Source: Antedon mediterranea
Lineage: Eukaryota; Animalia; Echinodermata
Length of the DNA stretch: 64,000 nucleotides
Assembly: GCF_964355755.1 (NCBI RefSeq)
Contig: NC_092675.1
Span: 17,890,912-17,954,911 of the forward strand
Reading direction: 5' to 3'
In this document: positions 28,128 through 41,052 of the stretch, piece by piece
Layout of the letters: each line of letters starts with the position of its first letter
How positions within the stretch are numbered: the stretch's first letter is position 1
Position numbers and translations under genes: made by a program
Notes under the pieces: model-generated
Told to the model about the DNA's origin: nothing
Database searches by the model: none
What the model saw: only the letters and a program-made list of their open reading frames with translations

Positions 28128-28228
28128 ATATGTGTGTACTTTAAAGAACCTGCACATCTTTCAAAACGAGTAGGGGGTTACTCCAGTCTCCTAGTTCACA
28201 CGGCCACTCTGTAACACACAGCCACTAC
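28128..28228 (+). mobile_element. SINE fragment (Deu/Nin-like domain)
   Basis: GTACTTTAAAGAACC...ACATCTTTC...AGTAGGGGGTTAC...ACACACAGCCACT matches the reverse complement of the SINE at 57058-57351. Confidence 0.65.
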
Positions 28229-31200
28229 TTAAAAGTAGGCCTTAATAGGCCTCCTAATTCCGTAATAATCAATTTGTTGATTGTGGAACTTACGACGATG
28301 AAGATGTGTTATGGCGATAATCAACGTATACATTAACTTGAACAAATAATAAATACCATTTATTTATTTCACCACGATATTTTGAATCAATTTGAATTGA
28401 CGTGTTGTGTGTGCTCATAAACTTTTGAATTGTCTCAATGGCTTGATAAACGAACTTTCTTTCCTTTAAAAAAAGAAACACAATTTTTTTTAGTAAGCCT
28501 AAGACACTACCTGACACGATACAGACATGAACAGAAATGTATTTAAAATCAGGTTTCCATAAACCAACGGAGCTCGTTTGGCGCATGCGCACATCAACGT
28601 TTCTTTTTACATTTCATTGGCAATAGTATTTAAAAGCAAACTAAATAATTCTCATCATGTATTCTTTATTCAAAATTATCCCGTACTGCATTAAATTATT
28701 CTGATTAACATCATTAATCATGTTATTATAGTCTTTTAAAGTTCACCGCCTATGGTTATAGTCGGCCTAAAGCAACAATACCGTATGACATGTAATAAAG
28801 TCTGACAATGAGATGCGTATTATTATTTCATAAGTGCATTATGTTATTGTTAACTTTGTTTAAATTATTTGCAGAAATAATCATGCCATTATGTCGTAGT
28901 TTATTTGTGTTGTATCATTGTTTAGCTAAAAATATTTAAATATAATTAGGCCTATACTTGCTTGCCATTATAATTGTTTCCCTCCTAAAGAACACGATGT
29001 TGCCCTCCTTAAAAGGAAGAACGCTCAAACATCAGTGGTTTTGAACCTCACTTTAAATGAAAGAGGGGCAAATAAACTCCCCTTACAACAAGACTGGCTT
29101 CAATGATGACACATTTTATCTTACGTCTTAACAATTACGATATAAATGACTTAACGAGGGGTTTTCCATTCAAAGAATGTATACGTATTCAACATAAAAT
29201 GACTTGTACATAATGAAAGCAGATTTAATTTCTTTGAATCATTTCAGATACAGTTAGAATAATGACGACTGCAATAACAAGGCTTTGACAAAAGAAAATT
29301 ACATTTGATGATTAGACCCGCTAGCAAGGATATATACCTCTTCACATTTCAGACAGAATCCCTATGGATAAAAAAATTTGTCATAAACAAAATGTTAAAT
29401 TGATTTTACTGAATTTTAAAAACCTATAGACCACAGAGATGAATGAACTATAGGAAAGAGTTATAACGCCTAACGAAATAATCGTTCAACAGCGGACATC
29501 ATCCCCTAAAGGCGAGTATGGGTGATGAACTACAGCATTTCATTAGGCGAACTGACTACACTAACTGTATTCTGTATAATGTGATTGTCTGGTGATACCT
29601 TTTCTCAAATCATGTAAATGTGTATACAATAACATGATTACTTGTACCTTAACGGTACAGAAATGAGAAATGTTAATATTTTATTCCATAAAATATTAGA
29701 TTTTTGATATATTCAGTATATAAACCGTATAGGACTACGCAAAGTTAAAAAAAAAACATTCCATGCGTTTCGACAATTTCGCTTACGTCACTATTGAAGG
29801 TGATGGTTTAAGCAAAGCATTTACTCTAGCCTGAATCACTCAACAAAATTCACCGACAAAAACTCTAAATCTTTATGAGTTGATACATGTTTTGTAGCAG
29901 TTTAGTTTCAATCATCACTCCTTTCTTAGAAGTTACAAGTTTATTGATTTCTATAAAATGAACATGAAGATCAAGCATAAAAAGCGGGTCCTAACATTCA
30001 AATGTCAAATGTTGTTATATAGGTTCCGTTTAAAGCTTAGCGAACACTTTTCAAATATCAAAGTGAGCCACATTTAGCAAATTCTCAAATCCATCTTTCA
30101 GTAAATGTAAGTCAGTGCTTTTTCATTGAATGATACTGGCTTACTAAAATCGTTTATGACCAATGTAATGTATATCGTGTCCTGAAATTCTGGATTTAAC
30201 TTTTTTAAATAGACTAAAGTTCTGTCTACAGTCACTATAAAACTAGTTTGATAATAATATGTGTGATGTGCCCAAATATGATAGTGATATGATGTAATTG
30301 TGTGCAATATAGGCACATCACAATTTGTTGTCAAATAAAGTTTGATATAAGTGTATTATAGATAGAGCTTAAAGAGACCAAATAAGATAACATAATAATA
30401 TTTATAAAGCGCACATATCCACAGAGTGCTCAAGGCGCTAAAATAAAACAATTGTGAAGTGGGTTGTTTTAACATTCATTAAATGGTACCATATATGTTT
30501 TGTTATTGTTTGTTTTGTCTTGCCGGCTTGGTCGCCCTCTTGAAATATGGTGAAACAAATAAATGGATATTAAATGAATATTGAAGGGTTTGATATGACA
30601 TACTGATCATCAACCTGTAAAAATGTATCTTGTATATCATTTTGATCGTGTATGAGTATTATACTCTACCTTTATATACTGGAACTATGTTATTATGTTT
30701 AGTATTCACGACGGCAACAAATAGCCTAATTAATCACACTTAATGATCATGTGAGAGTCAATTGGCGGAAAGTAATGTCACTAAGATTAATGACATATTT
30801 AACTCGTTGATTCTAACCTGTTGAATAATCTGTATATTGCCAGAAGCGACTAAGAACATATTATTGTTTTATGTATCTAAAAGGAGACCCACTTCTAATG
30901 GACAATACAGGTTTTGAGAAAATTACAATGCTACAAGTACGGTATGTTATTGTTCTTTTCGAATTTTACACACAAAAAAATATGCCTCATTAATAACATA
31001 ATGTTTCTTTTTATTTCACTTCAGGAGACCCACTTTTAGCTGTTGCATTCTTTTTCATTTTATTATCGTCATAAAACATTCCATTTTATAGACATTTTAA
31101 GCCATTTTACTAATAACAAATTAAATAGGTTTCTGTTATTTAAGAAATAAATAGTTAGATTGTTGACCTAAGCATTGCTGAACAGAATCTCCATAATTTC

Positions 31201-31242
31201 CAATTTTCGAAAACTTGTAGGTTTTTTTTTACCGACAGTTAT

Positions 31243-31389
31243 GCTTGGTTCCCACTAGAGACGCAGCACAAGGACGTAACGCAACGTAATAAGTGAGTTG
31301 ACCAATCACAAGTTATGGATTATTCGAACTGTCGCTTGTCATTGGTCAACACGCTTACGTTGCATTTACGTCGCTCTTGCGCAGTGGGA
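31243..31389. mobile_element. PIF/Harbinger-like MITE (GGTTCCCAC family)
   Basis: GCTTGGTTCCCACTAG left end and the same internal palindromes; right end eroded. Confidence 0.7.
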
Positions 31390-32290
31390 TTTTAAACGGT
31401 GAGGGGTTCTATAGGGATGGTAAAACAATATTAGTGTTTAGTGATTAGAACCAACACCTTATCGTAACTTGAGAATTACATTGTTAGGCCAGTTATCAAT
31501 ATAAAAAAAAACGGAACATGAAAGGAACCAGGAACAACGGCCTGTTACGTAAGGGAGTTTGTTTCTCCCTGGTAATGCAAGATACTTTTAACCTGGACAT
31601 GACGATTATACTTAAGGACAGCAACGTACAAATGGTATGCATTTTCTTAATTGACATGCACGTGTGAATAACAAATATTAGGAAAGTACATATATCACTC
31701 ATGGATAATAACGCGTGGTTATTGGGCACACGCGTGCTGGAGATACAGTGTCACTGACACGTCAAGTGCTCCCGGCTATTTATCTACAATGATTGCTCAC
31801 ACTTCGGTCTACTTCAGGTTAATCGACCGGACAACTCTACAGGACATTCGAAAGCGTTGTGGTGCTAATGTCATAATTGATTGATCGATTGGTTTATTTA
31901 CACGGCTCGTTTACCATGGGACTTTCTGAATCGATCTCTCTGCTTCAAGTTCACACACAAATCTAGATAAGAACACATGGATATTTTGCTCCGATTAGTG
32001 AATAGGCCTAATGTTAACTTTTACAATCAAATCAGTGGAAGAAATCATTTCCCGATTACTATCATTAACAATTTTAAATCATTGGAACATGATTTCATTG
32101 AATACAAGTTTCCAGAAAAGACCAGGAAAACTCTGGACATTTACATCTCGTTAAAACCAACATGCACAAATATACTAGGCCTACATCTTATATAACAAAA
32201 AGTAGCGAAATAGCGTAAAAAACTGTGAATCTGTTAACACTTTCTCAGTTATTGGTTCTGATTACAACTTCTAAGAACATATAAAATTTC

Positions 32291-32334
32291 GCACCTGAAG
32301 ATTGAGTTCATACTCATGAAACAGCCTGTAGTGC
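32291..32334 (+). ncRNA. Minimal type I hammerhead ribozyme motif in a Penelope-like LTR remnant
   Basis: GCAC-CUGAAGA-U-UGAG-UUCAUA-CUCA-U-GAAAC-AGCCU-GUA-GUGC: stem I GCAC/GUGC, CUGANGA and GAAA cores, stem II UGAG/CUCA, very short stem III, GUA cleavage triplet. TATAAAA lies upstream and AATAAA directly downstream. Confidence 0.6.
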
Positions 32335-32783
32335 AATAAAATGTTCAGTTGGTAATTTACTAGCGTCTTTATCATTTATTTATAAAATTAGATATGATTG
32401 GGAAGTGTTCTCTGAAAATAGGGAAATATAGTCAAAATATCAAAGGCATGTAGCCAAGTGTAAAGAACTTAATAAACAAAGACAGAAGAAAATCATCAAC
32501 CTTAACTTACAATAATATAAATTTAGTAGCTCACAGTGAATCTACTAAATTGAATATTCCTCAAAAAAAAAGAAGAAAGAAGGAACAAAAAAAAAGTTAT
32601 GGGAAGATCGAGATATAGTTATAGATAAAGAGAAGAATTACATGAAAATAGAATTAGATACCAGGCTATGTAAATAATAAACAACATAAAAATGCAGTAG
32701 AAGTTGGTACAGACATTTTTACAAATGTTCTACAATAGGCCTATTTTGTTAATTTTCTGACATTGTAATGCGGGTGTTCTTAA

Positions 32784-35703
32784 TAGCAGGGTTGCTAACT
32801 TCCATTTTTTATGAAGATTGTGCATTTTGTGACAAAAGCACCAAATTTGGCACAAACCTTCTTTAGGGTATATCTAACAATCCTAGAAGGGGTGCCCAAA
32901 AATCGGAACAATTTAACGACGTCATTTGGACCACGCCCTTTTTTTAGTATTACGTAATTAGGAGAAAACTTAAATTTCGTATATACATACCAAGTTTGGT
33001 ATCAAATTAAAACTCATGACATGTACATTGCAATACACACATAAAAAATATATGATTTCTCTTCAGACGGAATATATAGGTCAAATAATGTAATTTTCTG
33101 TCATATTGAAGGGGATTTCAATCAAAACGCGCCAATATTGTGCTATGTTATGAACATTGTAGTTATAAGAACAACAACATTCATTTTTGTAATAGAACTA
33201 CTAATATATATTTATCCTGTACCAGTTACCGTACTTTCCTTTAACATAATATTAGGAACCACTGAAAAAAAGTATATAAAACATATATATAAGTAAACAG
33301 ACAAAAGACCATTTGACTGACAATTATGGCGTTAACATCCATAACAATACATGGAGGTGATTATCAACTTTACTTTTATGAAATTATTTATCTGGAATCA
33401 AACACTTATAATGGTACAGAGTTGCTAGATGACGAACAAGTTCCACGGCATGGGTAACAAAGACCAGTGCAAGAAAGACCTGCTGAACGGCACTTCCAGT
33501 TCCCTGCCTGTCCGGGATACATCAGACTCGCCTACAGGACATATATCAAGAATTACTTACTAATTTAATATGCCTTTTTAATTAATTATTGGTACGAAAC
33601 TGTATAAGTAAATTAATCGTTTGGTTACAAACAAAATAAATTAGTATGTATCATAATAAAACTTACCTGATGTAATGTAAACTTCTTTGCAGTCAGAGTA
33701 ATCATGGGTAGACACCTTCGTAGTTAAAAAGTTAAATAACTCCTCTTTATTTACTGGATCTTTCAGAAAGTCTGGAAAATTCCATGGAATCTTTGTTTGT
33801 CCCCCAACTTTCCTCCTGACCCCTTTTCCTCTTTTTTTTTCTCTTTTAGACTGCTTAAGACTATCTGTTCTGTAAGTGTCCCACACTATATCAATTTTGT
33901 TACTATTCTGCAGCTGCTGTCTGGTCCACGGTAGAAAGACCTTTAATACAAATGATACAAGAATAACGATCCGCATATAGAAGTGACCAATTATGTGGTG
34001 GTTAAACAATAGATACAATCCTGAATGCAAAGAAATGTACTCACCTTATCACCGTAGTCATAAAATGTAAATGCATGGTTGCTGGAAAGAGCATGGACAA
34101 TAGCAGCTCCGTCAAACACCTTTACGTCAAAATATGTAGGAGGTTCAGGCTGGCCTTCAGTCTCCAAATGCTGTAGCAACTCAGACTTCTTAGTTGGTAG
34201 TCGAAGCTTTCCATTTACTGCCAAAGAGGGTGGCCATGGCTGGTTTTAATGCATGAAGAAGTCTTCCAAATCTCCATCACGAGATTGACTTGCAATATAC
34301 AGTCAACTGAATAGGCTGCAGTCACTTTTTAAACTCTTAACTTGTTGCTTTGTTTTGGACACTGATTTTTACCGTGGTGTGTTGAACAACGGCAGCTTAT
34401 TCTGTTTGATGGCTTGTTGAATTGCAACACTTCTGTCGAGAATAACTTCCTTGAAATATTTTTGGTACTGGGTAGTACCTACATCCTGAATTGTACGAAC
34501 TGTCACTACTGGACTTTCATTGTCACAAGCGATTGTCTCGAGCATCCAAGACCAGAAGTTCTGAACAATTATCGAGGAATGGGTTGCCTGCATTTGAAAT
34601 TGTTTTGTGTAGCCTGTTGACCTGAACTTTAAATGTTTCTTGGGTAGAGAGTCCTTGTTCTCGTTGCTGAAATTCATTCGGATCATAAACCATGAACTGA
34701 CTCTCGAACTCTGTAATCAGTCTCGCTTGTTCTGGCTCCGCCACCATCCACCTCTTAAACGCTGTTGGATTTTCTGTAAGTCCGACTGCACCCCCAGTTC
34801 CTTTTACTAATTCGTTGTTCTGCTCATGAGATTGGTCAATGGGCATACAGGAGAACTTTCTTGTTGTTTTTTAAATAACCCAGAACTTCTTAAAATCTTC
34901 TTTGATGTTTACAGGTAGTGTATTCATGTCCCTAATGTGGATGGGAATTGCCTTTTTGCTCAGGGAACTGCAAGTGCCGTTCAGCAGGTCTTTCTTGCAC
35001 TGGTCTTTGTTACCCATGCCGTGGAACTTGTTCGTCATCTAGCAACTCTGTACCATTATAAGTGTTTGTTTCCAGATAAATAATTTCATAAAAGTAAAGT
35101 TGATAATCACCTCCATGTATTATTATGGATGCTAACGCCATAATTGTCAGTCAAATGGTCTTTTGTCTGTTTACTTAGTCCAGTGATTATTTAGCCAAGT
35201 TTGATACAGTATATGTTTTATATACTTTTTTTCAGTGGTTCCTAATATTATGTTAATGGAAAGTAACTGGTACAGGATAAATATATATTAGTAGTTTTAT
35301 TACAAAAATGAATGTTGTGGTTCTTATAACTACTGTACAATGTTCATAACATAGCACAATATTGGCGCGTTTTGATTGAAATCCCCTTCAATATGACAGA
35401 TAATTACATTATTTGACCTATATATTCCGTCTGAAGAGAAATCATATATTTTGTATGTGTGTATTGCAATGTACATCTCATGAGTTTTAATTTGATACCA
35501 AACTTGGTATGTATATACGAAATTTAAGTTTTCTCCTAATTACGTAATACTAAAAAAAGGGCGTGGTCCAAATGACGTCCTTAAATTGTTCCGATTTTTG
35601 GGCACCCCTTCTAGGATTGTTAGATATACCATAAAGAAGGTTTGTGCCAAATTTGGTGCTTTTGTCACAAAGTGCACAAAAAAAGTGCTAAGTTACCCTG
35701 CTA
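32784..35703 (-). mobile_element. Academ (AcademX-like) DNA transposon, internally deleted
   Basis: Termini TAGCAGGG / CCCTGCTA; 3-bp TSD TAA (32781-32783, 35704-35706); about 700-bp near-identical inverted repeats (about 32820-33507 vs 34962-35677). TAG termini, 3-bp TSD, long TIRs and an XPG plus Cys-finger protein are Academ hallmarks. Confidence 0.85.
33420..34950 (-). pseudogene. Fragmented Academ transposase / XPG-like nuclease / Cys-rich finger
   Basis: Frameshifted pieces: IDQSHEQNNELVKGTGGAVGLTENPTAFKRWMV, KVFDGAAIVH, IDIVWDTY...SLK...R, NKEELF, and a C-terminal KCRSAGLSCTGLCYPCRGTC inside the TIR. N-terminus and part of the nuclease region are missing. Confidence 0.8.
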
Positions 35704-36518
35704 TAACATTGAGGGCGCGAAACATAAAATTTACGAGATCGAAGTAAGTTAAGGCACAACAAAAATGTTATGGTACGGTGTGCTCTCCCTGCCTCAGCAA
35801 TAAGACCCTGTCAGCCTTGGGGTTGTTTCCACGACATTCACCAGATGCATTGATGTTGCTGCCCCAAACACAGTAGCTTGCATAGCGAGCATAACTCTAT
35901 TCCACAAGTCGACTGAGTTAACCGGTCATCTTGTATATACAAAGGTTAATATAAGCTTCGTTCCCTAAGATGACGTTCATGAATATGCATATTAATGACG
36001 CCACGATGAATTACGTAATATGAAGCACGTATAGACTATTTTCAGCTGTCATGTACTTTGTGTCGTAACGGATAATACTCTAGCCCGGGTTCGAATCTCT
36101 GCGGATTGTTATGGATTTTTTTTTTCTAAACATTATTTTGAAGAGATTTAGAAATAGGTAAGCTATATTTGCGATTCTACCGGTTTTTTTTTAATAGAGC
36201 TGTTAGGTCCTCATAAATTGCACTTAATCATGAATAGAATAAAATAATAATACTATAGCTACCTGATGCACCTACTTAAAAATTCCGTTCAAAGAAAGAC
36301 ATATTTTTTAATGAATACGCATGCGCATTAGATTTTGTGAATTGTGAAGCGCCGAGAGAGACCGTGACGTCTTCTGAGGAGGTAAACTCCCATTTCAAGG
36401 TTTCCATATTTCAATATTTTAAAGTTGGGTTACGTACGGACCTTTCAAACATTTTTGCTGATTAAATTAACTCGTCAAAGTATTAGGAAACTGTAGGCCT
36501 ATTACGTGGAAGCTTATA

Positions 36519-37022
36519 CCGTAAATCTTCTAATAGTAACCCACACTCTAATAGTAACCTCCCTTCTAATAGTAACGCACACTCTAATAGTAAACCCCCT
36601 TTCTAATAATAACCCACCTTATAAGTCAATCAGTAGAATCTTAACCCACTACTCTAATAGTAACCCATGGGGGTTACTTAAAGTCACAAAAATTATTGAA
36701 AACATGATTGGTCGTTTATGATGCAGCCGTATTTTAAAATAAGGAGATAATGCGTGTTGGTCTCGTGAGTGGGTGAAGATTGAGTGTTTTTAAGTTTATA
36801 AAATAAAGTTAGAGTTCAACCAAATTTGTTTATTCGTACTGTTTTATTATTTTGCTATGAGTTGCTAACCGGAAAAGTTGGGGGAGGGGGTTACTATTGT
36901 CAGGTGTCTATTTAAGAGTATTAATAGTAACCCACTACTCTAATAGTAACCCCACTTCTAATAGTAACCCACCCTAGCAATCAAAGAATAATAATCCAGG
37001 GTTACAATTAGAAGATTTACGG
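36519..37022. mobile_element. Tc1/mariner (pogo/Tigger-like) MITE with internal 18-bp repeats
   Basis: TA|CCGTAAATCTTCTAAT ... ATTAGAAGATTTACGG|TA; repeated CTAATAGTAACCCAC units. Confidence 0.85.
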
Positions 37023-37482
37023 TACAGTACTTACTATCTACGGCTGTAAAATGGGTATTTCCAAACTTCGATTCCAAAGCACGTTTGGGAGAAGAGAGTC
37101 TATGAGACGTACTAGGCCTATGCTTTGGTTGTCATTTTTTTCCCGTTCCTCTATTAATTAATGTATAAAATAGGTGCACAGCTTTTTTTACTGCCTTATT
37201 TTTATTCTAATCGATGATCGATTTATCATGATTGTTTTTGTCACGGTGGGTGTATGATAAATATTTAAACTTTGAAAACCTTGAAAATAAATACACTTTT
37301 TATCATTGTTGTGGTTTTAAACAGGAATGCGCGTATAAACCAATGCACAACGTGGTGTCAAAAATAGTGTACTAAACTATTTTTGGTAGTACATGTTCTT
37401 TGGTATAAACAGTACGTACAGTACTTAACTTTTTGAAAATTTGGTGGCGCCCGACTGTTTATGATGTCGTTAGAGGGCGTAG

Positions 37483-37499
37483 GTCTTTTCGGCTTTCCC
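37483..37499 (+). promoter_or_regulatory. TCT initiator / 5'TOP tract of RPS24
   Basis: GTCTTTTCGGCTTTCCC about 30 nt upstream of the ATG, as is typical of ribosomal protein genes; predicted TSS at C37485. Confidence 0.7.
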
Positions 37500-37513
37500 A
37501 AGCAAGCATCAAA

Positions 37514-40500
37514 ATGGTATGAACAAAATGATCATTAAAAATCCTTTAATATCCGTCTTATTAGTCTGTCTGTTGATTTAAATCTTACCTTTTTTAATTT
37601 TTAAAGAATCATACTGAAAAACTGTGTATAGATTTTTCAGAAATATGTTATTTGTGAAAACAAATCACAATTTTATTTTACCGAAAAAAAACATAGCAGT
37701 CGGGTCGTGACTAGGCCTAGGCTAAGCCTATACTAAATGATTGTCTTCTCTAGGCCTACATTATACATAGGCTAATACCTGTCGTGACTCATGCCATTAT
37801 TAAGCCTTATCACTGTATTAATGGTCCGGCGGTAGTCAACATTCTTTCAAAGTATACGTTTTAGGCATTTTTCTTGCATTCATAATAAATCTAGGCCCTA
37901 TAGCTAGGACCAGGCTAGGCCTACTACGTACTAGTACTACTGGTCTAGCTAGCCTCTACGTACGCCTAGAGCCAGTCAGCAGAGGGCCACACAGATATGT
38001 AGGTAGAAAGGCTAGCTTGGCCTAGTATAAGACAAACAAGAGGGCCTCTACTAGTAGTAGTCTAGCCAGGAAATTGTAGCCTAGAAAGAGGCCTACTTTT
38101 TTTGTTCTGCATTCATGGTTAACAATGACATTTAATTTATTTTGTGCTTTCAGGGGGATAACGCAGTGACAGTACGTACTCGCAAATTCATGACCAACCG
38201 TCTGTTGAGTCGAAAACAAATGGTAAGTTCTAATAGCCATTACTCTATGCAGTAATCATACATTAATTGGCTGAATGTGACATAAATTAACTTTCTATGA
38301 CATATCACTTGGGTATAGCCTATAGGCTACATAGATTTTTTGTTTAAAATGGACCTGAAATGGATTTTCGATTTTTTTCATTTTAGAATGATGTTTTGGG
38401 GGCTATTAGGCGTTGCTAGAATGTATATTGTTACAAAATATAAATTGGCCCTTTTGGGGAAAGCCCCATTTGAAAATCAAAAATATTCGCGGGTGACGAA
38501 TATATTCCTATTCCTCCAATGGACAATTTGCAGTTTTTTGCCTATAACTCTTGAAATCTATGGAGTATTTTCTAAAAAATGCTTGTGCATTTGCAGAAAC
38601 GTATTTAGAATTTTTTTTAGATAAAGTTATTACCGTATAAACGGTTATTCATTGAGTAAATGACGTTTTTTTTCTGGCAATACCAAAGTTAGCCTGGCAA
38701 CGTTGTCCGGGATACAGCTCCGTGTGCAATGATGCGTCTCCATATTTTCCGTTCGTGTATTTCGTATATCGTTCATAATTTATACTGCTAAAATGTGTTA
38801 GTTTCTTTAGTTTTTAGTTTAGCAGAATTAAATTAATATGAGATGATAATTTATTTGTCACGAATCAGGCAGTTCGAAAACGAATTTTATTCATATTTTA
38901 ATTTGGCTTGACAATGAGCACAGCAAGTTGTTGATATCGCTTTGATCCTTAGATGCACATGAAACGGAGCCTCGCCGCATGTGGTGGATGGGTGGTGGAT
39001 CGACTTCGTGCGCTGGATTGGGGGCCTAGTAAAGGTTTGGGAGGTAGGCCTTCTAAATTCGGGTTTTAGAACAAAGTAAATTTTAGGGACCTATATTTCA
39101 ACAACATTAGATATTGAATAAATTAGTATTAGTGTCAACGATTCGCGTATCTTTGTAGGCCGTCAATCATTCACTGACTATCGGCGTCCGGCATACACGC
39201 TCTCGATATCGTCGTGTGTATATGTGACGTCGTGAATATAGAGGCTTCCGACGGCCGTTAAAATAGAATATTGCAATGGCATGAGTAATTTTCGCTAATT
39301 TACCAAGGTATCTTAAAATTTCGTTTTTTCTCAAAATACTATACATTTTGTTTTTATTTGTATGGGTTTGTGTTAATTTGATACATTTAAATAACATGTG
39401 TGAATTTCTTGAAATTCGAAAGTCCATTTCAGGTCCATTTTAATACATGCCAACTTGGATAAGTTGATCTAATAATAATAAATATCTACCTGGGATCTCT
39501 GTTGACAAGAAAATAGTTGTCAAAACATGGATGAGGTCTTTCACAGTTAAAGTTCCAGTCCCTACGTTTTTTAGATCTAATTTAAGGTCACAAACTACAT
39601 TTATTGTAAAAATAAATACTATATATGGTCTTATTGAGATAACTTTTTTCGTCTTTAAACGGTTAAAAATGTGAAAAATAAGTTGATTCTAATAATGTTA
39701 GCGGCCCTTTATAAACCCCAACATGCATTGCGCGTGGATTGATATTTTTGTTTCTATTCTGTAATTCCACCACTTTTCGATCAATCATGAGGCCAAAACA
39801 AATGGAAGACTTTTCAGCGAAATATTCACCCCAATTTGTATCAACGGTTTCTGGCAAAAACAGAAAGACAATTGATGCAGCAACTATACGTTAGGCCTAC
39901 AGCTAGCGTACGATGTTCGTTTGTTACCAACGTTTGCCAGCTAGGCCTACAAAACTAAGCCTAGCTGGGCTAGCCTGAAGACCATCCACGAGAGGACATT
40001 CATCGCGAGCTACTTAGGTAGTGCATTCTTTCTCTCTTTTTATCATAATTTACCATAAAACGTACATTTAAGACCAGGAAAAATGACCTGGTTTAATGTT
40101 CTTAAAGTAATATATATGCATTACTTTTACGAAGCGTCACAAATTGTAGCGAATGGGTCTTTAACCATCCATGGAATTTAAAGGTTTTCCATTGCTGTAT
40201 GGTTGACTGTTTAGAAGGAAATGCAAGGTTGACTTGATCTTTAATTCAGTCGTTATCATCTCGAAGAACTACAGTAGGCAAATGGTCAACCATTCTGAAA
40301 GACAATAAAACAATTTCAGACATAATTGACCATACGAGAAGTCACTTCTTGTCAAAATGCTGTACAGTTTCCATTATTTAAACTACCTTTTTTTTTTACA
40401 GCTTGTTGATGTAATTCATCCAGGTAAAGCAACAGTTCCCAAGACAGAAATTCGTGAAAAGCTTGCGTCGATGTACAAGACAACCCCTGATGTAATCTTC

Positions 40501-41052
40501 TGCTTCGGATACAAAACTCAATTTGGAGGTGGACGAACAACAGGCTTTGCACTTATCTATGACACGCTCGACAATGCAAAAAAGATTGAGCCCAAGTTCA
40601 GGTTGCAAAGAGTAAGTTTAATTTCTATTCTGGTTTGCATAACATTAAGTTTTGCTTTTAACTCACAAAAGTGGCTGAGTTTAAATTATAGTTTCTCATT
40701 GTAATGCATTTTATTTTACAATTAGAAAGTTTGCACGTTTTGAATAATAATAATTATTTTAAAATTTAAAAGTTTGAAATAAGTATTGTTATTCTCAATT
40801 TTGTTAAAAACAAATACACTCTAGTGTTATTCATAAAAAAACAATCTTTTAGAGTATGCATTGATGGCAGAAATAAACAAAAAATGTTAAAAGTTTGAAT
40901 TTTTCATTCTAACAACATGTATATTGTTTTGATTGCAGCATGGATTATACGAGAAAAAGAGGCCCACACGAAAACAAAGAAAAGAACGAAAGAACAGAAT
41001 GAAGAAGGTTCGCGGTACAAAGAAAAACAAAGTGTCGGCTGGCAAGAAATAA
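37514..41052 (+). CDS. RPS24: 40S ribosomal protein S24 (eS24), 131 aa
   Basis: Exons 37514-37516 (ATG), 38154-38222 ([23 protein letters not shown]), 40402-40611 ([14 protein letters not shown]...[14 protein letters not shown]...RLQR), 40939-41052 ([37 protein letters not shown]). All introns GT-AG, phase 0; ATTAAA near 41097. Confidence 0.97.
38348..39439. mobile_element. Non-autonomous Kolobok-like DNA transposon in RPS24 intron 2
   Basis: TTAA|AATGGACCTGAAATGGA ... TCCATTTCAGGTCCATT|TTAA. A TTAA TSD with purine-purine 5' termini fits Kolobok rather than piggyBac. Confidence 0.8.
39551..40160. mobile_element. Second Kolobok-like non-autonomous element in RPS24 intron 2
   Basis: TTAA|AGTTCCAGTCCCTAC ... 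GTAGCGAATGGGTCT|TTAA; imperfect 15-bp TIRs. Confidence 0.6.

Noticed and set aside
25640-31060. Possible spliced + strand gene from scattered donor/acceptor-like sites, including twice-seen AG|GAGACCCACTT
   Set aside because: No consistent reading frame or recognisable protein could be assembled; a lncRNA cannot be excluded without RNA data.
35770-35945. GC-richer segment with hairpins and an ACAGTA word (H/ACA-like)
   Set aside because: Stems are short and irregular, and there is no host intron or promoter evidence.
36060-36105. tRNA-like B box GGTTCGAATC
   Set aside because: No convincing A box or cloverleaf; probably a repeat remnant.
38348-39439. piggyBac assignment for the TTAA-flanked elements
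   Set aside because: Termini begin with purines (AA/AG), not the CC/CCC typical of piggyBac; Kolobok fits better.
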